A DNA stretch of 64,000 nucleotides from Callorhinchus milii. Taxonomy: Eukaryota. Below the pieces are notes generated by a model. That model was given only the letters and a program-made list of their open reading frames with translations, made no database searches and was not told the DNA's origin. Made by a program: the position numbers and the translations under genes. The stretch lies in the NCBI RefSeq assembly GCF_018977255.1, contig NW_024704743.1, forward strand, positions 47,804,001 through 47,868,000. Direction: 5' to 3'. Shown in pieces: positions 49,623 to 61,177 of this stretch (position 1 is the stretch's first letter; every line of letters starts with the position of its first letter).

Positions 49623-50620
49623 GCCTGTGTGTTTCCATTATAATTCTGACATTGAATTTACCCAATACTGTATTTGAAATAACTTTGCAGGGCTTCCTTC
49701 TACCTTTTGAATTTCAAATTTCCCACCTGAACTTTGGTGGAGGCTGTTGGTGTTATTTATCCCATGTGGAGATTAAGCAGTTCAGTGGTACAGGTTGAAG
49801 TCACCTAAGACTGCTATGAGCAGCACCAGCAAAGGCTAAGTTTTGCTCCTGCTTTGACAGCTGAGAACTCAGGCTGGCAGGCTCATCATCCATCTTAAGG
49901 CTTGTTTGTCTAAGGAAAGCACATATAAGAACTGCCCTTCATCTTCTTTTAACTCCTAGCACTGACATCATAAATCTGTAGCATCTGTAATGTTTCTCAA
50001 TCCACAAAACTGGGGTATTAAGTAGTTCCTTTATTCTCAGTTTACAACACTCCTACCATTAAACCCACGCCCTTGGGATGTCCTCTCAATGTGAAAAACA
50101 CTATACAAATGTAATCTTGTTGTTGGTCTCACTCCCAGTAGGCTTTTATATATCCTGTCTTTTTCTGATTGGCTCTGTCTTTATTGCCATTTGCTTCTTA
50201 AAGCAATATCCTGCAGGTTCTTGTCCTGCTGCAAGATCCAATAGGAAGGACCTTAGTCATCGAGTAAGTAAGGTTTGGACAAACTGGATGCAAAGTTATG
50301 GTAGACTTTCTTTGAATTGTTGCAATCTGCTTAATCTCGAGTGGACACAGTTCTTTTAGGATTTGAATATGGTTCAGAACAACTTCATATCTTTTAAGAA
50401 TATGTGGGTTTGCAAGATCTTTACTTTATACACTGGACCATGATATTAGCATCCGTCAAGCACGCCAAGATTTATCCCAAGTGAAGGTCGCTATATAAAT
50501 GCAATTTTTTTTGTTATAACCTTAATGATGTGAGGGAGAGAAGATTTCAATCTGTTCAGTTACAATTTTGAAAGACACTAGTGGATTTATTTGTTTGAGG
50601 CAAATCTTTTCCTCATAAAC

Positions 50621-50893
50621 AAGCGAGACACCTGGGTTCAATTCCAGGCAGGCCGAAACCTTGGGCAAGTTTCCTTACTCCACACGCCTAATAATAATTC
50701 CTCCAAAACAAAAACAATAATAAATTGGTCATTTTCAATCCACGACTATTTGTGGGACACTGCTGTGCGCAATTGGTTGCCGCGTTTCGCCCACAAATAT
50801 AGTCAATTCACTTTACAGCATATTCTGTGAAGCGCTTTGAGACGTCTAGAAGACATGAAAAGCGCTATATCAAATGCAAGGATTATTATTATT
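50621..50893 (+). mobile_element. Young SINE, 5'-truncated
   Basis: Same family from aagcgagacacctgggttcaattcc to (ATT)n. Confidence 0.9.
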
Positions 50894-52247
50894 ACTGGAC
50901 ATCAGATATCCTTGTTTCCTTTCTCTCATTCAAAATGTCTCAAGACCAACAAGGGAGGGATCACTGTGCTCCCAATATCATAAGCTCCAGAAGACTTCAT
51001 TGTCCTGCTTCTTATTCCAGAATTAACAAGAAATCTGCTACCAATCTCAGTTAGCCTGGAAATAGGGGCTGTGCTATCTGCAGAGAAGGGTCTTGTGTTA
51101 AAAGTAATGGTTCTGAGATTATTCTTGGTGTTTGTCTTAAGAATTGGCCTCAGAAGCTTGACTTCCATGTCTTGTCTGTCCTTTTTAAGGATTCTCGCTC
51201 TTTGCTGTAAAATAAAAGATTTCTGACTGAATGCACCACCCTGTCCAGCCCCTTTCATTTGTTGTATGAAGCCGTACCCGAATTTCCCATGACCAAGAGG
51301 AGACCCTATCCTTTATCCAGAGCTCATAACTGTGGTGGGGAGGGGATGTTTCTCAGTGTGAATCACAGCAAAATCACAGCCTATTGTGAGGGAAAGGACT
51401 GAGAAACACAGCAAATAATGTCCCTGTATTTTTTGTCATGTGGGACCGAATATTAGGTTTCCCAATCTCTCAGCAGCAGTTTGCACGCTGATAGTTGAGT
51501 GAATTCCTCTGTGTTACCAATTAACAGGACTCAAAAGCATCTGATGGTAATTAAAAGGCATTCCAGTGGAACAGCCACTTGATGGAATAAATTTTGCTGC
51601 GTAGGTTTGTAGAAAATCTGTAAAGTAGAAACATAGAGTGGTAGAAACACCTCTACATTATGCATTTTTTCCCTGGTCCTGCTGCTAAGAATAACTTGCA
51701 GTTTGCCAAGGCTTTTCTAACAATAAATTATGATTTCACAAATGGATTCTCCTACATATCAAATGATTGTACAGGTACTTGGCTTGTGGAATATAACAAA
51801 TCAGGAAGATTTTTGACATGTTTATAGGAAAACTAAGTACTTATGTGTTGTGCATATTAGCGTGTGGGTTCTGTGTTGGACCTAACCAGAGTCCTGGGAC
51901 AGAGATTAAAGAGTCGGTGTGAAACACGTACATTAAATCACACCTCATTCTCTGGCTGTTGAAATAATGGCCTGAAAACGTTTGCACCCTCAGGCTCAGT
52001 GACTGCAATTAAACCTATTAAGGGCTTGTTAATGGTGAGTAGCAAGGAATTCCCATGGAACGCTTAATTTTGCACTTGGAGGTTATTGGGTGGCATTCTT
52101 AAATGCCATGCATTTTGTCGGCATATTTTGTGAGGCACAGAGTGTTAATAAGAGTTGCTAGATACCATAGTGCAATATTTCCGTATTTCCTCTAGTCCTG
52201 TCTCTCATTCTGGTTAAACTCCAGGAGTACTACAGTGCACCTTTTGG

Positions 52248-52563
52248 ATTCTGTAGCTCAGTGGTTAGAGCACTTGCCTCACACGCGAGAAACCTGGGTT
52301 CGATTCCCAGCAGGGCAAAACCTTGGGCAAGTTTCCTTACTCCACACGTCTGATAATAATCCCTCAAGAAAAAAAACAATAATAAATTGTTCACTTTAAT
52401 CCACGACTGCTTGTGGGACACTGCTGTGTGCAATTGGCTGCCGCGTTTCGCCCACAAATAAACTGTCAAGTCACTTTATGGTATATTCTGTGAAGCACTT
52501 TGAGACGTCCAGAAGACATGAAAAGTGCTATATCAAATACAAGGATTATTACAGGATTATTAT
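52248..52563 (+). mobile_element. Young SINE, full length, slightly diverged
   Basis: tgtagctcagtggttagagcac..gggttcgattccc..; same body and tail. Confidence 0.9.
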
Positions 52564-53182
52564 TCTAGTTTTTACCAATCTGCAGCTAAATTCTCACAAG
52601 TTTAGGTAAGACGGGTGAGGGGCAAACAGAGGTTATATATTTAGTGTAGTAACCTCAGTAGCAAGCTTTGGAGGCTGTAAAGCACAATGATTTGTTCTCT
52701 TGTGTGACAGCTACATAGCCCCAAAAGAATCTCGTTCTGTTTCTTTCATCTAGATCTCTTTTGCAGCCTACTTGAGGCTGTTGAGCACACACGTAGAAAC
52801 ATATTATTTAAATTTTATTAATGTATTCATAGCAAAGCAAGGTGCAAATGCTGTATAACCTGAATAAATTTGACTCAAAGCTCAGGTGTTTTTTGTATGT
52901 ATTCACTTGAATCTTTTTGTATCTGTTTACTGGCTCAGACATGGGTACATATATTATCCATCCATAAGGCTGTAAGAAAATTGCGGACCGAGATTTTGTT
53001 GTGAAAACTGCAACTTTTAACGTAAATTATTAATTTTTGACTTTTTATACTTGCTGCAACTTTTAATGACTACAGTGAGTACATGCTCTCATTGGACTTG
53101 TTGGTACGATGTTCCAACGAGAGCATGGGATGGGTTGATGAACGGGTGGATGGTCCAATGGGAGCGAGTATTCACTCGAGGT

Positions 53183-53710
53183 ACAACAACAACAAAATCA
53201 CATTTATAGAGTGCCTTTCATGTTGGGAGGACGTCCCAAAGCGCTGAACAGTCAGCTGGCACGGCCTGAGCATGGGGGAGGGGTGGTGTATGGGTGAGAG
53301 AAGGCAGAGAGGTGGGAGGGAGACCAAAGGCACGAACGACGAAAAAGGTCTTGAAGGAGGCAAGGGAGGAAGCGATGTGAAGGGACCGTGGGATGGAGTT
53401 CCAGAGTGTGGGAGCAGAGAGGCTGAAAGCCCGGCCACCGATGGTCGGGCGGGAGACATGGAGCAGGCCAGAGCCTGATGAACAGAGGTTGGTAGGGAGT
53501 CAGCAGGTCAGAGAGGTAGGAGGGGGCAAAGCCATGGATGGCCTTAAAGGTGAGGATGAGGATCTTGAACTCAATCCTCTGGGGATGGGGAGCCAGTGGA
53601 GTCGGGTGAAGGTGGGACTGATGGGGTCATGAAGTGTGAGAGTACACAAGCTGCAGAGTTTTGGATCATCTGAAGCTTGTGAAGGGAAAAGTTTGGAAGG
53701 CCGATAGGTA
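53183..53710 (-). mobile_element. L2 3' fragment, bounded by a SINE
   Basis: (CAA)n tail at 53183 followed by sequence homologous to 41215-41778; minus ORF with RLHWLPI. Confidence 0.85.
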
Positions 53711-53713
53711 CTT

Positions 53714-54021
53714 ATAATAAATAATAATCCTTGCATTTGATATAGCGCTTTTTCATATCTTCTAGATGTCTCAAAGCGCTTCACAGAATATGCTGTAAAG
53801 TGAATTGACTGTATATTTGTGGGCGAAACACGGCAGCCAATTGCGCACAGCAGTGTCCCACAAACAGTCGTGGATTGGAGATGAACAATTTGTTATTTTG
53901 TTTTGGAGGGATTATTAGGCGTGTGGAGTAAGGAAACTTGCCCAAGGTTTCGCCCTGCCTGGAATTGAACCCAGGTGTCTCTTGCAAGGCGAGTGCTCTA
54001 ACCACTGAGCTACAGGACTCC
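53714..54021 (-). mobile_element. Young SINE, full length
   Basis: Same family, reverse orientation. Confidence 0.92.
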
Positions 54022-54129
54022 AAGGACTTGAAATTGAACTGATGGCATCAAAACCATAACTTTAACAAATTGGCTGGATCATCTGGGCTAAAAAGTCACG
54101 ACTTTCTTACAGGCTTATTCATCGTATAC

Positions 54130-55026
54130 AGCCTTATCCAGCCCTCATGGATGCACTCTACACCGCAAGAGTCAATAAGGAACCTTGGCATCCTGTTCGA
54201 CCCTTAACTGTTTTGCCCACAAATATACAGTCAATTCACTTTACAGTATATTCTGTGAAGCGTTTTGAGACGTCTAGAAGACTTAAAAAGCGCTATATCA
54301 AATGCAAGGATTATTATTATTATTAACTGTCCTTCATCCCCCACATCCATGTCATGACCCACTTCATTTTTCCCCACCTACGCAACATTTCCCGGGTTCG
54401 CCACTATTTCTCGCCACAGGATGCCAAGACATTCATCCACGCGTTCATCACATCCAGGCTCGACTACCCAACCTCCCTGCTTGTCGGCCTCCCCAACTCC
54501 TCCCTCCACAGGCTGCAGATCATCTGGAACTCTGCAGCCCATGTCCTCTTCCGCTCCTCAACCCCATCTTCGCTCGACTCCACTGGCTTCCCATCACACA
54601 GAGGATACAGTTCAAAAGGTCCTCACTTTCAAAGCCCTCTGTGGCCTTGCTCCTCCCTACCTCTGTGACCCCCTAACACCCTACTAACCTGTTTGCTCCC
54701 TCCACTCAGCGGTCTCTGGCCTGCTTCAATCCCCCGCCTTGTCCGCCCCACCATTGGCAGGCAGGCCTTCAGCCACTCTGCCCCCACCCTCTGGAATTCC
54801 ATCCCACAGTCCCTCTGCCTTGCCCCCTCCCTTGACTCCTTCAAGACCCGTCTCAAGATTCTCCTCTTCGTCCATGCCTTCGGTCACCCTCCTAAACCTA
54901 CCCTCCCCGCCCTCCAACTCCTGATCCCAACCACCAGTTCAAATGCGGATCCCTGACTGTCCAGTGCCTTGGGATGTCCCCTGATGTGAAAGGCGCTATA
55001 CAAATGTAATTTGTTGTTATTGTTGT
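54130..55026 (+). mobile_element. L2 fragment interrupted by a SINE 3' fragment (54208-54324)
   Basis: aggaaccttggcatcctgttcgaccct continues as actgtccttcatcccccacatcc after the insert; FITSRLDY; L2 tail at about 55020. Confidence 0.88.
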
Positions 55027-55612
55027 CCATTAAAAAAGAGCCTAACTGTTTTTTTTTTTAAATCTTGCCACAAGTTCACAGGTTCAGGGTTGTGAAGGAT
55101 AATTTTAGAACCTACCAGTATTTCTTTCATTACCAATTCGAATAGGGTACCAGGAAGAGTGGTTGAGCCCAGGGCACTGGGCTCATTTGAGATACTGTTT
55201 GGTACTTTATTGAGAAGATAGCAGCATTGGTGTTATGGAAGCATGAAATTAAATTGATCAATGGACAATTCATCTCCATTAGTCCATTATTATCATTATT
55301 ATCTCAATCTTTCTTGTGAGGGTAATAATGATGATTCACAAACATCAGTTTTGAGAAGAGGCTCAAAAGAGATCAAGGCAAATCCAATTGAAATATTCAT
55401 GATCCAAATTGTCTTGAGTAAACTGAATCTTAATAATAGGCTTAACAAGGTCAAAATATCTAGAGAAATGGGACACATATTTAAGATTAGAAGACAGAAG
55501 GTGAACATACAGTTCAGATTAAATAATTTTGCATGGATATCATGGGGGTGATGACAGTAGTTTTGAGGGGGAGCAGAATGCAGAATGCTGCTGGAACAGA
55601 GCGACAGGTTGA

Positions 55613-55626
55613 CCAGCAGGGGGCAG
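55613..55626 (+). promoter_or_regulatory. CTCF-like motif
   Basis: CCAGCAGGGGGCAG, a full match to the core consensus. Motif only. Confidence 0.5.
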
Positions 55627-55629
55627 AGG

Positions 55630-55887
55630 ATAATAATAATAATAATAATCCTTGCATTTGATATAGCGCTTTTCACGTCGGGAGGACGTCCCAAAGCGCA
55701 CTGTAATGTCCCACAAACAGTCGTAGATTGAAAATGACCAAGTTATTATTGTTTTTGGTTTTTGGAGGGATTATTATTAGGTGTGTGGAGTAAGGAAACT
55801 TGCCCAAGGTTTCGCCCTGCCTGGAATTGAACTCGGGTCTCTCACTTGCAAAGCGAGTGCTCTAACCACTGAGCTACAGGACTCCAC
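55630..55887 (-). mobile_element. Young SINE with internal deletions
   Basis: Same family; lacks the segment between actgtaa and atgtccc that other copies have. Confidence 0.9.
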
Positions 55888-55899
55888 TATGGGCAATTA

Positions 55900-56400
55900 G
55901 GTGATCAGTAGCTGGGTGGGTTGAAGATCAAGGCAGCAGGTGGTTGGTTTCATATGGGTGATGATGGTTGTAAGGAATGAGGGACAAATGGGGGCAAAGC
56001 AGTGATAGGAACAGCAGTGGAAAATGTGTGGAGGTAGAAGACATGGGGGGTGCACTGGGGGACGGGGGAAGAAGAGGATGCAACCAAGCAGATATTGTCA
56101 ATTTTAGATACAAAGAAGTCCATGATCTCTATGCACTTGGTTTCTGAAGTGAGGATCTAGGGAGCTTGAGGGGACATGTGGAGGGGTTGATGTGTGGTGG
56201 AAAACAGGAGTTTAGGGTGAGGGCTTTGGGCTACATTGTGGTGAGGTAGTGGTGGAGGCAGACAATGTTGCAGAGATGAAAGAAAGCAAACTTGGTCAAA
56301 ATCTAGATAAAAGACTTTAAAGGAGAGTTCAGGTTTCAACAAAACACCAAGGTTTTGGACAGACTCCATTAACTCAAGTGAACCACCAGTGACGTTGAGA
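55900..56400 (-). mobile_element. Degraded L2 fragment
   Basis: Minus ORF VQNLGVLLKPELSF. Confidence 0.65.
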
Positions 56401-59400
56401 CAATCGGCACTGAGGCAAGCCTTGTAAGAGGCAATTTACCTGGGGAGGGGCAGAGCCAGTAGGTTTTACTATTGCCCAGCGAGATTTGGTGGCGGACCAT
56501 GAGGCCATATTTCAGCCACCTACACTATAATATTAATTTCTAATACCTTAGTGTTTGGACTTCAAAACACTTTTCACAGAATAACTGTTCATGATAAGAA
56601 TATAATGGATTTTATGGGCTGTCTGGGTTGGAGGATCAACCAATTCCTACACATGCAAATCATTGCAGATCATTCTAGAATGTTTTCATTTATTACAGAT
56701 TAAAATAATAAACCATAAATGGCTTTAAAACTCTGTCAATTACAGCCATTGACAGTTTTGTTTGTCCACTGTCCTATTGTTTTGTGAGTTGGAAATAGAA
56801 CCCCTGACTATCAGCATTCGTTCTATTCCGGATATTCAGTGGATTGTGGCAGTGGGAAAGGAGCATAGAATTATAGAATTTTTCTTTGTGCAAACTGTTC
56901 TCCTTTACACACATCGTCTGCATATTTCTTAGCTCTGTGTCCTGAGCTGTGATCAGCTATTTGGCTAAGTGTCAGGATATGAAAACCAATTGCACGAAGT
57001 TAGAGGTCTTAATATTTGACCCCCCACCTCCCGTACCCTACCCTCTTACGTGATCCAAGATCACATAGATTGCTGAACAACCCCTTGGAAGAGGTAATGG
57101 ATCCAAAATAAACATTCTTCCTTTATTTATGTATCTTTCCCAAATCTTCACAGTAGATATCCCTAAATCCACCTTTCTAGATCACAAAATATTCTGATTC
57201 ATTCAGCTCAGTCGCACTTTCATGTCAAATGCAGCACAGGGGTATTTCAGAGACCTCCTGACCATTTGTGGGACTATCCAGTTGTATGTTTTATTACTGT
57301 GACTCCACAGGTGTTATTTTTTTCTGATCTGGTGTCCACTTTGGGTCTGTAGTATGGGGTGCAGATGGAACAAGCTCCATCACATCCTGTCCCATCTCGC
57401 ATGTTTTGTAGCATGAAGATCCCAATGATAACAGCCGCATTCAGCAGCTGTGGTAAGATGTGTCACTATTCCCACATCCCGCTTGGTCTTTCCTGTTATT
57501 CAACTTAAAAATTTCCTTTTCTCCCCAACCGTGTTCCACTCACAATTCTTTCGCTTGTGAAAAGTAGGGTTCATACAATCGTATGTTGCCATTTAGCTTA
57601 AGTTGTATCTGAAAGATGGTGATTTTTAAAAAAGTTGTTCATGTTTCAGAGCTCCTGAGTGTGCAGCTGAAAGATTTCCTTCAATCCATTTGAGAGGTCC
57701 AGGACCAAGTTGTGAGATGAAAATGGTGAAAAGAGGAAGCAACTGTAGTTCAGGCCTGTGCTAACTTGTTGCTCAGCACCTTGCATTGACTTTGCGGAAG
57801 GTGCCTTTCTTCTGGGGATTGTAGGTCAGGACTCCTTCTCTTTTCAAATGGTGTCATAATCCTGTCCACCTGAACAGGCAGACAGGACATCTCATCCGAA
57901 GGATTGGGGATTATATTATTGGGATAATCTAATTTAATAATAATAATATAAATTAATATTAAGTACTGTAATAAGTATTGCACTGGGGATTATTATAGTA
58001 CTAATAATCTTTACATTTGAGATGGCTCCTTTCACATCAGGAGGACGTCTCACAAGATTTACTATAAAGTGAAGTGACTGTATTTTGTAGACATTTTTTT
58101 TACTGCATGTTGTTTAGCTTCACATCTGCTCTTCAATCATTTGCTTGTCTAGAATCTGGGGCTCCCTGTTTCCTTCTCTCACAATTGTTGACCGAGTTGC
58201 TTTATGTCTGGTAGGTCACACATATCAATTGGTAATGAGGACGCTACAGAACTACCCAGGATCTTTGTTACCTTCCTCTCTCTCCCCCCCCCCCCCCCCC
58301 CCCGCACACACTTTCATATTGATCAGTACTCTCATTCGGGAATATTGCTCTGTTGTTTTTGGCGGCTTGATTTCCTTACGTGCCCCAGATGCGTTCAGTA
58401 TAATGGAAGTTATGCCCATTGCTAGTCCTTGTGTCCCCAATGGCCTGCCTCTGTGTAGTTGCTGCTAATTTAACCAATTCTTCATGCACAGTGTTTGTAA
58501 TTGTTTCCACTTTCTCTGAGGTTCAATTCAAAATTGAAAAACTCAAAAGTAAACACCTTTTTGTGTTAGAAAATTTGGTACCTTAAACTGGTAATTAATC
58601 CTCTTCATTATTATTAGAAAACAAACCATTGACACTCAAGTAAGGGGTTTGTTCTCAGACCTGCACATTTCATCAAATGTCTTATCATCTTGAAAATGTC
58701 CTTATTGGTTATCATAATGTTCTGGATGATGTCTACACATCCTTCTTGTAACATTCCTGTTTTCTCAGCAAACACATTAGCTTTTGTACTATAACTCTGC
58801 TGAGTTATTATTTTAAGCAAACCATTAAAAACGTCACTTTTTCTGATTGATTTATGTAGCAAATGAAAACTAGTGCATAGTTTGAGACCTTTTCTTTATT
58901 TAATGTAAACCGTATGTCACTGTTTTCCCCTCTCATTATACACAATATTTGTTCTTTTTTGTGTGTTGGATGATGTTAAATAGCTCACATTGAGCTTTTT
59001 TCCTTTTTAAAAAAAAACTCCACAATTTTCCATTATTTTCTTCCCAGTTCCTTGCGACTCCTGCTGTTTTTAGCAAGAAGTCTAAAAAGATCAAAATGTG
59101 CTTTAAAAATTGTGTTAATACACATCCGGCATGTGAAAATACTGTTAACTATAAATGAGAGCAGCACCAGTTTTGCATAAATTCAGGGAAGAATAATTCT
59201 TGAACAAATATAGTGCATCAAATGGTCATTATTTTTTGCTCATTATTTAAAGAATGGCAATCGTTGTATATTATATTTACTCACTTTAATTATGCTTTCT
59301 GTGATATTAATGAATGTATTGCATGGTAGCAATTTTTTAACTTGTTGCAGGGGCACCTTAGCGTACAATATTGCATCCGGGAGCCCCTGCAGCCACATCA

Positions 59401-60519
59401 AATTGTATCAAGAGAATTGCTAACCAGGAGTAAATGAGGTAGTTTTGATGAGAGAAAATGTGAATTGCCTGTCTGTTTAAGATTAGTTTGAAGAGTAGTT
59501 AGCTGGCTGTAATAGGGCACACTTGAGTAATTGCATTTGTATAACAAGCCTGGCTGAAGAGATTTGACAGGCGTAGAGATTTGTCTGGCGAGGATCTCCA
59601 GATGGACGTGACCACACAGCAGCTGGGTGGCACATTTCTCAGCATGGTTAGTAACGCCCAGAGTGTCAGCTGTTCCTTATGACCACAGAACCCTGGTAGA
59701 CCAGCTGGTGGCTGCTGACAGGCAACAGCCCTGGTAGAGTTTCTCTTCAAGCTGGCTGTCAGAGAACTAAGCCAGCAGGGATGACCAGCCCAGCATAACA
59801 AGTCACTGCTGAGAATCATTAGGAGAGCTTTAAAACTTGCTTTTGGCAAGAAATGGAAATATTTGAACCAGAAAAAAATGTGATTCTTAATATTCGGAGT
59901 CATTTAATGAAAAGGCTGGAAATAATTAGAAATTTTAGAATTGCTGATTTTTAAAAAGAATCTATACATTGCAAGCCAGAATGCTTCTTTGTATCTAAGC
60001 TATATTTTTCAATAAGTAGCTGGATATGTTATAAATTTCTTTATTTTGGTGAACAGTTGTGACCCCTCCTAAAGAAATAAAAGGGGGTGGGGGGATCCTA
60101 GCAGTTCACATGCTGCGAGACATTCTACTAATGGAGCAATTAGTGTTTAGAGGTCAGCTTTGGGAACATGGATCAAAATAATATTTCTTGCTGGGGGTCA
60201 TATGCTCTTCATAATGACATCAAAATCTGCTCTCTTGTGTGGCAGGAAGCTGCCTGATCTACTTCTAAGTTGTTGGTACCACATTGAGACTATTGTATAG
60301 ATTTAGACCTATAGAACCATAGAAATGTACTGCATTGTTCCTCTGATGGATATTTTGAATTTATAAATACTTTTATTGGGCAAAAAAGATTGAGAGGGAA
60401 TACTACACGTTTAAATGATGAAACACACAGATTTCACAGGTGTTGAAAACTTTGACATACACCATGAGGAATGAACTATGTGGCATAAGTTTACAATCAA
60501 AGGCCTTAGATCAGAGGAG

Positions 60520-60843
60520 GGAGTCCTGTAGCTCAGTGGTTAGAGCACTCGCTTTGCAAGTGAGAGACCTGAGTTCAATTCCAGGCAGGGCGAAACCTTG
60601 GGCAAGTTTCCTTACTCCACACCCTAATAATAATCCCTCCAAAACCAAAAACAATAATAAATTGGTCATTTTCAATCTACGACTGTTTGTGGGACATTGC
60701 TGTGCGCAATTGGCTGCCGCGTTCGCCCACAAATATACAGTCAATTCACTTTACAGTGTGTTCTGTGAAGCGCTTTGGGACGTCCTCCCGACGTGAAAAG
60801 CGCTATATCAAATGCAAGGATTATTATTTATTATTATTATTAA
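60520..60843 (+). mobile_element. Young tRNA-derived SINE, full length (tRNA-Ala-like head, Deu-like body, L2-like tail, (ATT)n)
   Basis: A box TAGCTCAGTGG, TGC anticodon-like loop, B box GAGTTCAATTCC, body tgtttgtgggacattgctgtgcgcaattggctgccgcgtt, 3' stem-loop AGCGCTTT..AAAGCGCT. Many near-identical copies in the window. Confidence 0.93.
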
Positions 60844-61177
60844 GTCATACTTTCATTTTGCTGACCCATGAGAGGCAAAGGCACCTGTACAAGACTGCAT
60901 TGATTTTAATTCCACTTGAGCTGAAAGAAACAGGTCATGAGGTGTTTGGCCTAATTGTCCATCTTAGAAATGCTTAAACTCATTTTGTTACACACAGACG
61001 GGATGGTGGAATGTTGATTGCCTTGCTGCTAAAGATTACTGAAGTTGAGTTCAGAACAGCATTTTAAAGGAAATTGGTTGAATACTTGTGGAAAGATAAT
61101 ATTAAAGGGAATGGAGAACCAGAGAGGGATGATATTGGAGAGACAACTCCAACAGGGAAATTTTGTCATTTTGACAG

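Noticed and set aside
60520..60595. tRNA-Ala gene (and similar heads at about 5660-5729, 16190-16258, 45855-45915, 52248-52315)
   Set aside because: The acceptor stem does not close properly, and the sequence continues into a multi-copy SINE body or is a truncated head. These are SINE heads, not tRNA genes.
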